In this document: piece after piece, positions 41,484 to 54,806 of the stretch
Numbering within the stretch: position 1 is the first letter of the stretch
Layout of the letters: each line of letters starts with the position of its first letter
Source of the DNA: the human T2T-CHM13v2.0 reference genome, Homo sapiens
Strand: one strand, 5' to 3'
Assembly: GCF_009914755.1 (NCBI RefSeq)
Contig: NC_060930.1
Length of the DNA: 64,000 nt
Position numbers and translations under genes: made by a program
The notes under the pieces: generated by a model
The model's database searches: none
What the model saw: the letters and a program-made list of their open reading frames with translations, nothing else
What the model was told of the DNA's origin: nothing

Positions 41484-43593
41484 GTAGGTGCATAGTGTAA
41501 AAGCTTGTCATGGAAACGCCACAACCCAGAGGTAGACCAGATCTGTTTGAATCCCTTTTGTTTATCCTAAACTATGAGAGAATGAGGTTTAAAAAATTCT
41601 GTATCTGTCAAACAACCATTCAGGGCTAACTACAAAGCATAGAGCTTTTCTTGCATTTATACTGTTGTGATATGATCAGGTTTACTGACTTAAACTAAAG
41701 ACCCAGTGCATTTTTAAAATCTAAAACTGATACCGTAAAGCTAGGCACATTAGTATAAATATAAGCTGGCGTTAGCATTTCATGCCTGTTGTGTGATGTA
41801 GGATAATCTCCTAAAGTGCCTTTGCAACTTATATTTCATAATGAGATTAATTTCTGATTTTAAAAGTGAATATCTCCTATAACTTTACTACTATACATGT
41901 ACCATCTAATATTCATTTGTAAAAATTCTTTTTCCCTATTTAGTGTGTGCTAAGTTCTGGGCTGTGAGTGGTACAAGGATACTGACAAGAATATTCTAGG
42001 TAGAAATTGGGAAACTACAATGAAATAATAATAACAGCTCTTGCTAAATTTTATTAAGTGCTTCATGTGTGCTGGTCATTTTTCTAAGTATTGTACACGT
42101 TATCTCATTCAATTCTTTAATAGTCTTGTGAGATAGGTACTGTTTTTATCCCCACATTACAAATAAGTCCACACCGAGGCAGAGGCACTGAGTGCATATG
42201 AGTTGACAAATTACTGTAGCAAGGCAAGAGTCTAATAAAAGCCTCAGGAGAAGTACAGGCAACCTGTTGGGGGAGCCAGGATGAGGAAGGGGATCACTTC
42301 TCCAGTGATGGAAAGCAAACTGTGTGGGATTTTGGCATCTGGGACAAAGTGGTGACATTCCTGGTATAGGGAACAGAGTGAATAAAGTCATGTGGTACAG
42401 GAGGCACAAAGGACAGTAGGGCCAACATTTGTGCAATTAAGAAATACAGTGTGAAACAAGGCAGGAAAAGCAGCTCAAATTCCCTTTGTGAAGGAGCCTG
42501 CAGGCTGTGCAAAGCCCTTTGGATTTTTAGTCTGTAAGCAATTGGTAAACATCTTCCTTCCCATTTCTTTTTCTTTTTAAAATTGTGTTTATGAACTCAT
42601 GATAACCGTGCTCTGCTTTAGTAGAAGACTAGGATGGATTGGAGGCAAGAAATGCATAAATCAAGGCAAAGAGCCCTTTCTGAAATGACTAAGATGATGC
42701 TGTTGCAATTAGCAGAAATAAGGAATAGAAGAAATTGAGTGTGAATGAGGGTTTGAGTGATTTAGTTTCAGACGTGTTGTGGTGGGGAGTCCTTATGCCA
42801 TTTAGAAGGAAGTGATCAGTATTCATTACCATGTGCCCTGGGATTTAGGATTGAAAGTTGTGAGCAATCCATTTAGAAGTAATATTTGACACCAAAGGAG
42901 TAGCTGGAATCTACAAAACGGGTGAATTTGTAAAGAGGAAGGACTGGGAAAAAGTCATTTGCCACTATTTGTATTTTTTGTAAATTGCTTTCTAGTCTCT
43001 ATGACTGTCATTAGTTCTGTACTGAAAACACATGATTTTCCTGATGTTGTTACCATTTCTCCCATATTTATTAGCACTGAGAGACAAACCATCTACAGCA
43101 GCAGTTTTTCGTGTCTAAGAGGATTTAATTTATAGTTATTCCTCTTAGCACTTTTCTGTGTTACCCCCAACCCTATGACATTAGTTTGTGTTCGTACCTG
43201 ACACAGAACAGATATGCAAGTCATCATCAGCAGCAATAACTGCTAATGTTTTCAGGGCATTTTTCAGCTTTTGAAGGGATTTTCTTTGTTTAATGTCCTC
43301 AGACTGGATGTAATTGAGCTGTCAGTATTTTATTATTTCTTTTTTGTGAAAACAAAAACACAGAGAGGTAAAGCTCCTTGCCTGGTGACTCAGGTGCTAA
43401 ATGGAAGAACTGAGATTTGAATGCAGGATCCTTGACTTTAAATCATGCACTCATTTTCTGCCACGTTGCTGATGCTTCACTATGCCATAGAGGAGGAAAA
43501 CAACGACAACTTTGATGTCAGCACAACTGTTTTGCTTATTATTATTCTCATATGGCTTATTAACCTATCCGAATAATCATTTCTACTTAACAG

Positions 43594-43711
43594 ATTACAA
43601 AGGCTGACTTAGAACAGCGCCATCCTCAGCTGGATTATGTTTTTACATTGGCACAGAATTTGAAAAATAAAGCTTCCAGTTCAGATATGAGAACAGCAAT
43701 TACAGAAAAAT
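43594..43711 (+). CDS. UTRN: UTRN coding exon, 118 nt, phase 0-1 (DMD exon 52 equivalent)
   Basis: ttaacag|ATTACA...AAAAT|gtaagt; [39 protein letters not shown](L). Confidence 0.97.
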
Positions 43712-43764
43712 GTAAGTTTTTTAAAAAAAGTTATGTATTATCATCCACTTTCCCTGCAAATGGT

Positions 43765-43765
<1 letters not shown>

Positions 43766-43800
<35 letters not shown>
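43766..43800. repeat. (AC)17 microsatellite
   Basis: Perfect repeat starting 55 nt after the donor at 43711. Confidence 0.97.
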
Positions 43801-43804
<4 letters not shown>

Positions 43805-45672
43805 CGTTTTCAAAGATTATTCAACTAGAAAGTAATAGTGTTTAATATTTGTTACTCTTTATTTATACAGAAATGTAGCTTTCCCTTGTTTTTATGTTTT
43901 GTGAACATTGTTACAATAACCTTATGAAGTCCTTAATTATTAACATCACGACTCTTAAGTAATTACTTACACATTGGGTTTTCTTCTCTTAACTTAGGCT
44001 TTCTTTTAGAGGAATAAAAAAAGGTTAAAGGAACTCACAAGAATGCAAATCCTTTCTCTCATTATACTTTATTCTCTAAAATCAGGTCTTACTGTGTCTT
44101 TTAACTCAACCCAAAATTCAGTCCACAAATATTTATTGAGCAACTACTATGTGCTTATGTGACTGGCATTAATTTGGGGATACTTTAGTTATAAATGAGA
44201 GAAAACAACAACAAAAAATAAACATACAAAACAATAGCAAACAAAGATCCTTGCCTGGGGTTTGCATTCTAGCTCAGAAGCATCTAGGTTCTACAAACCC
44301 TTCTTAGTGGGAATGTACTACCAATAGCAAACGAAGTCTAAATTCTCAAGAGTGACACCTAGGGATTGTCACAATCTGCTGCCACTACCCCTTTTCTCAC
44401 TTCAGCCCTCAGCCCGGCCTGTAATTATGCTGTTATTCCTTAAAATATCCTGACATTTCCTAGTCTTCTTACCTTTATTTGCATTATTTTATTTCTCTTG
44501 GCCTTTTCTTCCCAGGTGCAATTCTACGCAGCAGCTAAAATGTCATCCCCTTTGTGACATCTTTCCCTCCTCTTCTGGTCCCTGGTGAATGTTAATTTCT
44601 ATTTTTAGTTCCTTCTATGGCCTTTCCCCCCATTGCTTTATTATAGATCTTACAACTACTTTAATTGTCTCTCTCTTCCATAGATTGTGAATATCCGTCT
44701 TTCTGCCCTTGGGCCTTTAACAGTGCCAATACAAATTAACTACCTAATAAATATTTGTGACAAAATATAAACTGGAAGGATAAATCCTAATATTTGTCAA
44801 GGGAAGAAAGTCAGCTACTCTCCCTGTAAAAAGTATGTTTTGATTTCAAAATAGTCATGGTAGCAACAAGGTTATTATAGGAGATACATTAGAAAAGAAC
44901 TTTTAATGTCTAACAGTGTTGGCTTATTTTTACTAAATACATCATTTTCCTTCTTTTCTCTTTTTATGAATGGATGGATTGTGCCTATTATGGAACTTTG
45001 GAGTGAGCTGGTTTCCCTCACATCACAGGGGAGCTCCTCTGCTCTAGTGATACCAAACTATTGACAAGCCATTTCCAGTTTGCTTTTTCTATCATCTTGA
45101 TGTTTTCTTTTAATTATTATTTTTTCCATCACCTCTCTTTTTGTCCAAAACTTCTTTCAGGTGTTTGTTTTTTTGTTTTACAAGACTTCTCCTAAATATC
45201 TTCCCTTTCCCATTGAATGTACACACTCTATTTTCTCTCTATATATAAATATTTCTGTGTGTGTAGAGGTTCTATAACCTTCATCACTCCTCATTATATG
45301 AAAAACCCTTCCCAGGGGGAATGTATTGCTACCAATAGTAACCTCGTTTTAGGGCTTAACTCACAATGAATGGGATAATTTGCCTATTTCTTATGATAAA
45401 CCTGTGATATTTACTCTCGCTTGATGTCTTTGGTTTCATTTGTTTACTGTTAAAGGATTCTATTAGTAATAGAATTGGTCATAAGTACTTTATGTAACTT
45501 TTTAACTGACAAGAGAACATTATGATAGATTTGGCCTCTCTTCCTTAAGTTTAAAACTTAAGCAATTTATTTAAACAGCTAAGACAGAATGAAACAGATT
45601 GTCTCATTGAGCAAGTTTTAAAGAATGATGACATGTAAGTATAACTTAAGGCCTGAACAGCCTTGTTGATAG

Positions 45673-45993
<321 letters not shown>

Positions 45994-46265
45994 TAACCAT
46001 ATATTATCCCAAGAACTTTGCCAAAGTGTTCCATGATAACTCAGCTGGAATGTTATCTTGTAGTTACGTTCCTCTTGGGCCTGGTACTTAACTATAGCCT
46101 TTCTTTTTGTCTGATATCCAAAGCATCTTTCAGCAGCGTGGTTTTAACATTCTACCTACTTATTATCAGCAGGTTCTTGCGGATATTCTAAGTTATTGTT
46201 TATTAGTACCTCAGTTCAAGATTATGAACTAACTCTGAAGTGATTAATAAAAAATTTAAGTTTCC

Positions 46266-46563
46266 AGCCGGGTGCGTTGGCTCATGCCTGTAATCCCAAC
46301 ACTTTGGGAGGCCGAGGCAGACAGATCACGAGGTCAGGAGTTCGAGACCTGGCCAACATGGGGAAACCCTCTCTCTACTAAAAATACAAAAGTAGCCGGG
46401 TGTGGTGGCACACACCTATAGTCCCAGCTACATGGGAGGCTGAGGCAGGAGAATCACTTGTACCTGGGGGCGGAGGTTGCAGCGAGCTGAAAGCCAGGAT
46501 CGTGCCACTGCACTCCAGCCTGGGCGACAGAGCAAGACTCTCTCTCAAAAAAAAAAAAAAAAA
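46266..46563 (+). mobile_element. Alu (Sg-like)
   Basis: TSD aagtttcc at 46258-46265 and 46564-46571. Confidence 0.95.
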
Positions 46564-47318
46564 AAGTTTCCTTAGATCTGTCTGTCCTTAAAACCTTGTT
46601 AAAAATAGAGAAAGGAGAAGAGAGAAAGCTTGAGGAGAAATAGAAAGAGAGAGAAGGTGATAATGAGTGAAAGGAATGAACAATAATAAAAGAGGAAGGA
46701 CAAGAGCCAGTATGGAATTTTTATGATGAAGAGCTGCTGGGTGCACAGTACATGAGTCTCTTTTACTTTTAGCATTTCTCTTGAACTTGAATATATAAAA
46801 TTCCTTTTAGAGAGTTTTCCTGCTACAGTAAAACAAATGCAAAAAAAAATTCTTACACAGTTCATTTTCTTCTAAAATCAAGACTGCCTTAGAAAATTCT
46901 CCTTTGAGGGTAACAGGTGACTATCTCTCTGTCTTAAAGTTCTGTCATGAAGTACTGTTAAACCCTACCTTCATCAAACCAGGTCTATAAATACAACTGT
47001 AAATACAAAATTAAATAGAACAGTATTTTCTTTATAATTGTTTGGCAGTATCAGTTTATAATAGTAGATATTTTTTTGGGAGTTGTTTTAGAGCACTGAA
47101 AATAAGAGTTCAAGATTTTTTTTTCTCAAACACCGTTTCAGAAATATATCAATTGTATAGGATGGCAGATGTATATTAAAATTCCTTCAAAATGTGTTTA
47201 TCAGCTTGCCTTCTTCTGTTTATAGACTTATTTGTGATACATTTGATATATGATATTTTTTCTTTCTCCTGAGGGTTACATGTTGGGATTTTTTTTTCTT
47301 TTATAATGCTACCCTCAG

Positions 47319-47524
47319 TGGAAAGGGTCAAGAACCAGTGGGATGGCACCCAGCATGGCGTTGAGCTAAGACAGCAGCAGCTTGAGGACATGATTATTGA
47401 CAGTCTTCAGTGGGATGACCATAGGGAGGAGACTGAAGAACTGATGAGAAAATATGAGGCTCGACTCTATATTCTTCAGCAAGCCCGACGGGATCCACTC
47501 ACCAAACAAATTTCTGATAACCAA
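47319..47524 (+). CDS. UTRN: UTRN coding exon, 206 nt, phase 1-0 (DMD exon 53 equivalent)
   Basis: ccctcag|TGGAAA...AACCAA|gtaaga; [68 protein letters not shown]. Confidence 0.96.
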
Positions 47525-47841
47525 GTAAGACTCATCAGATATTTTTTGGCAGTATTGTTTTGTTGGATATACTTTTTTTCTATTGTTCACTGTAATTCTT
47601 AACAATAGGACCCTGCCATGTTTTTTCCTAAGTTCTTAGAGTGTCTAATGAAATTTATATGAAGAATTTGATCTGGAAGATTTTTTTCGAAAAATTTCTG
47701 GAGGCATAACAAGTAAGAATATGCATGTCTCCGAGATTTATAGCTCACTGACTTTTTGCAAGTGAAACACACCCTCAAATCAGCATCTAGAAAGAGAACA
47801 CTTTCAAGATTCCAGGAACCCTCTTTTGCTCCCTTCTGTAC

Positions 47842-48479
47842 TGTATTAGTCTGTTCTCACATTGCTATAAATAACTACCTGAGACTGAGTAATTTATGAA
47901 GAAAGGAGATTTAATTGACTCACAGTTCATTTGAGGGCTACTGTAGTGAAGCATGACTGGGAAGTACCAGGAAACTTAAAATCATGGTGGAAGGCAAAGG
48001 GGAAGCAGGCACCTTCTTTACAAGGCAGCAAGACAGAGAGAGATAGAAGGGAGAAGTGCCACACATTTTATTTATTTATTGGAGACATTGTCTCACTCTG
48101 CCGCCCAGGCTGGAATGCAGTGGCACTATCTCAGCTCATTGCAACAGCCACCTCTTGGGTTCCAGCGATTCTTGCCTCAGCCTTCCAAGTAGCTGGGATG
48201 ACAGGCGTGCACCACCATGCCCAGCTAATTTTTGTATTTTCTGTAGAGACGGGGTTCCGCCATGTTGCCCAGGCTTGTCTGCAATTCCTGAGCTCAAGTA
48301 ATCTGCTCACTTTGGCCTCCCAAGTGTCACACACTGTTAAACCATCTGATCTTGTGAGAACTCACTATCACAAGAACAGCACAGGGGAAATTCATCCCCA
48401 TGATCCAGTCACCTCCCACCAGGCTCCTCCTTCGATTGGACATGAGATTTGGGTGGGGACACAAATCCAAACCATATTA
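47842..48479 (-). mobile_element. MSTA-type MaLR solo LTR containing an Alu
   Basis: tgtattagtctgttctcacattgctata...acaaatccaaaccatatta. Confidence 0.9.
48066..48321 (-). mobile_element. Alu, 5'-truncated, inside the MaLR LTR
   Basis: TSD aagtg[c/t]cacaca. Confidence 0.92.
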
Positions 48480-49786
48480 CTTACTTACCCTGAAGGTTAT
48501 TTTTATTAATAAGTTTTTCCAAGACTTTCATTTGAGGACTACTATAGTGAACAAATCAGATAAGTAAGTTTAGTTTCCTTTAATGACTTTTTAACCAAAC
48601 TGTTTTATCAATTTCATAATAGCAGACATCTTTTTTGTCATCAGTTCAGTTATAGAGTTGATAATATTGAACAACTATGGTATTTTTAAAAGTGCTTTTA
48701 AGATTCTCTGTATAAAATTATAAAATATTCTTGAATTGGAGGTTTTAGTTGTGAGGTTATAGTTTGGTATAACATTTATTTGCCCTTCAGCTAGCCTAAG
48801 ATGGAAGTGTATATTTGTGAAGAATTTAAGAAAGTATATGTAGAAAACAATCGAAAATGTGGAAGTATGTTTTTATTCTCCACAAATGCAGACTTTACTT
48901 GGTTACAGTTTTAAAAGCAAGTGGCCAGTTATATGCATTTCTGGATCATTCTGTGTGTTTGTGATACTGCTGACTGTTTCCACCAAATGACTCCCAAGTA
49001 ATAGTGAAGCCCCTGCCCCTTAACTAGAGGAATACAATTAAAAGTGATGTCAGTGTTTCAGTTATCATATTAGAACATTATTTTTTAATCAGCAGTGTGA
49101 TTCTTTTCTTCTGAAACCTTAGGCTGATTTAAAATCTTCCCAATTGCTACAAAAAGCATTATATTAAAGGTTTCAGTTGTCATTTAGATTTCATGGTGAG
49201 TACCTTGATCCAGAGACTCTCAGAGGCTGAAAAACTATGTCAAAGAACCAATGCCAGTGGACAAATTCAGCATCAGTTTGGCTATTCAAGCAAACTCTCA
49301 GTAAACCTTGCTTGGCAGCTTGATCCATTCAAGCGGTTATCTTTGTAAACACACCTTGTGATCCAGGGGCAAGAGATGGAAGACGTCCATGTTGTTGATC
49401 CTTCACGTTTCTCCAGGCATGTATGCAGGAACTGTCTCTGTATTCAGTCCTTTATGACGCATGTCCGTGTAAGGATCAGAGAGGTACAGCAGAAGGAATG
49501 AAAAAGACAAATGGTTTGAGGAAGGAAAATATCTCAAAAAGAAAATGATAATAATCTTGTAATATTGTCATCTATGTACTCGATCACTTTCTTGGACATG
49601 TTTCTTTTCACTTCTACTAATTTTGGTTTAAGCTTACATATAACAAAAGGGTTTGCCCCCAGTCTGTTTTCATCCTGTGATATCTGTATCTAAAGCATGT
49701 CAAAATCTGCTGGGAGTACCATTGTTTTGATTATACTAATTACTGAGTGACCAAGTCTAACAAACAGACCTGCACTTGCACCTCAG

Positions 49787-49941
49787 ATACTGCTTCAAGA
49801 ACTGGGTCCTGGAGATGGTATCGTCATGGCGTTCGATAACGTCCTGCAGAAACTCCTGGAGGAATATGGGAGTGATGACACAAGGAATGTGAAAGAAACC
49901 ACAGAGTACTTAAAAACATCATGGATCAATCTCAAACAAAG
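49787..49941 (+). CDS. UTRN: UTRN coding exon, 155 nt, phase 0-2 (DMD exon 54 equivalent)
   Basis: acctcag|ATACTG...CAAAG|gtaagt; [51 protein letters not shown]. Confidence 0.96.
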
Positions 49942-51138
49942 GTAAGTCTAAGGCCCTGGCAGGTAAATGTATATTGTCAAGTTGAGAATTTGATGGCTTT
50001 GGCTTTCTCGTGGAAACCTGCCAAACATGTGGCTACTACAAGTACATTTTATTATTATGTATTTTATTTTTATACTGTGATGTTCTGAGTTAGTATTATC
50101 ATACTTAGTACAGAATGTATGCTTATACAATATGTTTTTGAATTTTTACAATGGAGTTTTTTATTTTATTTTTTTAAATCAGCCTAAACCTTGCCAATGA
50201 TTATGTGTTCTGATTGTCTTACGCTCTCAGTATTATCTAGAATACACTTTGTAGTCTTCTGATGGTAAGGAGTGCAGGTGTTTACAGATGCATCAGGGTA
50301 ATGGTATCCCTAAAGGTAATTGGAATAGCGTGCTATTTGGGTGGGGCATCCTAAGTTGAGGACCAGACACACATGGATCCAACACTAGATCCCTGAAATA
50401 ATCTATGTGCATTTAGGATTTTAGTTAATTTACTATCTTTTTTCCCATTACTTTGTCTAGTCAGAGTATTTGGAACAGCCCAAAATAGAATATGTGTTTA
50501 CAAGAGAATTTTCTGTCACTTGAATCACTTGAACACCTAGAATTTGAGAAACTATAAACAGTGATTAGCATCTCTTTAAGACTGCATATTTATATTCATC
50601 ATTAGTAAAAAAAGATGTTTACATCATGCATATAGTACTGGGAATGCCTGTGTCTAGGTGAAATTACGCACATCTTTATTAAAATGCAACTGTCTTAAAA
50701 CCAATTTGGTATCAAAACACATCTATTTTGACGTGAATAAAATGGGTATTAGAGCATTTTATATTCCTGATATATTCCTGCTAATAAAGTATGGCTAAGC
50801 ATTTAATAACATTTTGACATGGATACGTTTTATACACTTCCAGAGTGTTATTTTTAGTTACAATCTCTGAAGCTCTGAAAACTCAAAGAAGAGGGTTATG
50901 ATGGCACAATGTGAGGTTGAATGTGTTGTTAGATATACCTTGGATACTGGAGAAAATAAGACTGGGTTAGCAAAGACAAAACTTCACAAGTGGTTAAAGC
51001 AGAGTGGCTATAATATTGGTCTTTCTAACATTTTACTACAACTTTTCTCTTTTATTATAATAGGTTATTTGGATTTAGTAAGGATATCATAACTCAGGCA
51101 GGGAAGAAGGTGAATTAAAAACAGCTTTAACCTTAAGA

Positions 51139-51290
51139 GATAGCATTAGGAGATATACCTAATGTTAAATGTGAGTCAATGGGTGCAGCACACCGACATG
51201 GCACATGTATACATATGTAACAAACCTGCACGTTGTGCACATGTACCCTAAAACTTAAAGTATAATAATAATAATTAAAAAAAAGAAAAG
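51139..51290 (+). mobile_element. Young L1PA 3' end (~150 bp) with A-rich tail
   Basis: gatagcattaggagatatacctaatg...gtaccctaaaacttaaagtataataat. Confidence 0.95.
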
Positions 51291-51535
51291 ACCTACAATC
51301 AGACAAAGCAGGTCAGAGAATTTCTTTATGGCCATCTCCAAGACAGAAAGGTAGGGGAAGACTCCTGCCTTCAGGAGAGAAAGAAGGAGGTGAAAGGGCA
51401 GGAGAAGGTCACAGAGAGAGATTGTTTTCTGAGGCCTGCTTCTGAGCCCTGAGGCACCCCAATATTAGAACAAAAGGCTATAACAAGTGTTATGGGAGTT
51501 ATGTTGCAGGAACTGTGGATGAAAACATATACGTA
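51291..51535 (-). mobile_element. ERV1 LTR fragment (MER34/MER39-like)
   Basis: ttctgaggcctgcttctgag...tatgggagttatg...ggaactgtggatgaaaac. Confidence 0.65.
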
Positions 51536-52669
51536 TTACAGTAAGTACGATGAATAAAAATTATTTGCATAATATAGCTAACATTAAAAAAAGAGATATA
51601 GTCCTTAAATATGCTCTGTCTTTGTGTTTCCAAAAATTCCATGTATAAGAGTTAGGACTTTGTTTTCCTTGTAAACTTAACAAAAAATTTATCCGTTAGG
51701 AATGTGTGGCCTGCTTTATTTAGCACCTCCAATTCTTCTTCTTATTTTTTTTTTGCTTTTACTTTGTAAATATTTTAAGACAGCCTACAGCAGTAGTTGG
51801 ATTAGATGGAAGAGGCAATTAAAAATGAATTATATTGCAAGGTGATTTTTCGTTTATCATAGCTAAGACAATTACAATGTTCCAGTTTCTTTGTAGTTAC
51901 AAGTGGTTGTCCTTATTGTGTTTTCTCTCTGCATTTTCCGGGGGGTGGAAATAAGTAATTATATTAATATTTAGACATGATTTAGATATATTGTTATCTA
52001 TAAAACAGGGAAAACAGAGCAAAACTGGCTCATAGGATCCCTTCGTGAATGATAACTAGGGCTTCTATATGTAAAGAGAGTTTTCTCTTTTAAACCCAGT
52101 GAACTTTACAATTTTTAACTATTTTAAATGGACATCTTTGTAGAATATATAAATCTTTCTTTGCCTTCTTAAAGCTTGTGAATGTATATTTAACTTTTTT
52201 CTGAATTCTTGGTAGTATTGTTGCAAAGATAGAATTAAGGAACTTTAATGGATACGAGTGACCTTAGAGTTCTTCTGAACCAGTGTTTCTCAACCTTTCT
52301 TTACATTATCGCTTCCCTAAGGAGCCTGTGTAGACTCATCTTCCCATGAAATTTTAATACCATGATATACTGTGTACTGTATGGTTGTGCTTTATACATA
52401 AAAAGAATACATTTTTTCACCCTCCCCCTGAAAAGAAATAACCATTTATTACCTCTGTTGAGAATACATGGTCTAATCTAATATTCTCAGGCTCAGAGAA
52501 GTTAAGTGACATGTTCAAAGTCATGCAACACAGTCAGGATGATATTTTTCTATACTAAATGGTAATGCTCTTCATGCTGTGAGTTCTGAAGAATTGGCAG
52601 TAAATTTATTCAGGCTGCTATACTTTGTGAGATTTGGGGCTTTGTTTTGTGCGTATAAATTTTGAGTGT

Positions 52670-52880
52670 CGTCTCATTGTCAGGCACTGTACTGACCTCT
52701 TCACACACATCATTTCATTTAATCTTCACAACAACTGCAGGAGAGAGGTAGCATTTTCATCAGTCCTATGTTAATGAATAAACTGAAGTACAGAGAAGTT
52801 AAGGAATTACTCAAGACTACACAGCTTATAATGGCAGAGTTGGGATTGGAATTCAAGCTTGACTGGCAAGCCAGGCTCTT
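52670..52880 (-). mobile_element. MIR
   Basis: tttcatttaatcttcacaacaac...aaactgaagtacagagaagttaagg. Confidence 0.8.
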
Positions 52881-53836
52881 ATTGTCTCTAAAAACAGTTT
52901 CATTTTTGTTCTTTGAATCAGACTGTCAGCCGTTGCTGACATTCTTGGTGACTGCTTTGTGTACCCGCCTCTCAGTTCTGTCTGTAATTCCGCTTACTGA
53001 TTCTTATCTGTGTTGAGTTTAGAAGCCATATCAGATGAAAGATACGGGGCCTTTTTTATGCATAATGTAATGCACTCCAGTACGTGGCCATCACACCCCG
53101 TCTAATGGCTGCTGAGAGGCCTTTTTACCATGGCTGCCCTCTTATCTTCCAGCCTGTTCTTTATATACATCATTGTCAGCCAAATTCTGGAGGGGTGAAG
53201 GGTTGTTATATTTGCACATGGAATACTGTGCAGCATAATGTGTGAAGTTCAATATCAGCTTTCAAAGGAAATGTTTTGTATGAATTGCAGTTAGCCTAAA
53301 TAATTTAGCTATTCACAATTATAAGTCCACAATCCCTTATCTACAATGCCAAAATCTAAAAACAGCTTTGATAACAGAAATCTTTGAATTACCATGCAGC
53401 TCTTTATTAAAGTCTTTATTTATTCTGGTTAGTATGAATAGCCTTTTTCCTTGCTGCAGAAATATTAATGTGTTTGATTGCTTCCCCAGACCCTGTTCAG
53501 GGGTAGTAATTAATATAGTTACTTTCATAATATTAGTTTTCTAATGTTCAAAAATAATATTACTTCTGAAACGCAACTGAATCCTGATTTTTTGGATTCT
53601 TTGAAAAGTAGGCCTGTCTCTAATGTTTCTAACTAATCTATATATCCTGACCACTACTTTTTTTACTTATCACTTTTTTTCCTTCCATCTCTTAATGCTA
53701 ATTAACAAATTTTCTAGTGCCAGTTGAGATAGTGATTGTTGAAATGTGTTTATAGCACAGTCAGTGTGGATGCCTGATTTGGGTCTAAAATGCTATTTTA
53801 GCTGTATATATTTTGGCACTCCAGGGCAAAAATAAC

Positions 53837-53838
<2 letters not shown>

Positions 53839-53891
<53 letters not shown>

Positions 53892-54052
53892 GTATACACA
53901 CCTGTGTAACACACATGTATATATACATACACATATATGTGTGTGTTTATACACACACATATACACACACATATAACTGTGTGTATAGACGTGTTTGCAC
54001 ATGCATGTATATACAGGTATGTATATATATGCACACTCATGTATATACACAC
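53839..54052. repeat. (TA)21 followed by a complex CA/TA/TG alternating purine-pyrimidine tract
   Basis: Read directly. Confidence 0.95.
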
Positions 54053-54806
54053 ATAGTTATCTACACTGAAGTATTGTAAAGGAAATGAGACAGTATAACT
54101 GTGTGCTATAAATAGTTTCTTAGAAATCACTAATTACTCTGTGTTTTTCTCCTTGTCCTTATCGCATTTTACCTTGCCTATGTTAAGGTATTTCTAGGTT
54201 TGTACAGGCAGAACAGAAAGCACTGAGTGTAAGGTATATGGGGCAATCCTTGGTTAAAAGCCCATCTTAGGCACTTGCCTTCTGTGCTAACCTATAGGAA
54301 GTTATTTCAACTCACCGAGTCACCATTTCCTTGATTCTAAAGTGGAGAACATGTCTAATATGTGGGGTTATTGTGATATCAAAAGTTATGTGTAAAAGTT
54401 CTTGGTAGGTAGTATATGCTTAAGAAAAAGATGCCCAAACTGTCATCATATGCTCTTTCATATAATGTCTTTCTGATAAGTCCACTTCCTTTAGTCAAAT
54501 GCACAGTACTTTCTGGGGTTAAATTAGCAGAAGGTTGAGTCATTATCAGTTGTTTGTCCATAGTCATTTCTAACTCTTTCTACTTTAATTAATGATAAAA
54601 TACTTCTTTGTCTGCTTTTCTGAGTGCAGTATAGATATTCTAAAATTTTATTAACAGATGAAATTTCTTAAAAAATGCAGTTTCCTTGGTTTGCAGAATT
54701 ATCACAGTTGCTGAATTTACCTTGCAATTAAGCATTTTCTGCCAAAGCAAAAGTCCAACCATCCTGGGAAGAAAAGATACGGAATTTAAAAAGACACAAT
54801 TATTTA

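Noticed and set aside
47931-48509. Longest ORF in the track (192 aa)
   Set aside because: Chance read-through of a MaLR LTR plus antisense Alu; non-ATG start and typical Alu-derived peptide.
53798-54130. YI/HT-rich ORFs on both strands
   Set aside because: Translation of dinucleotide microsatellite.
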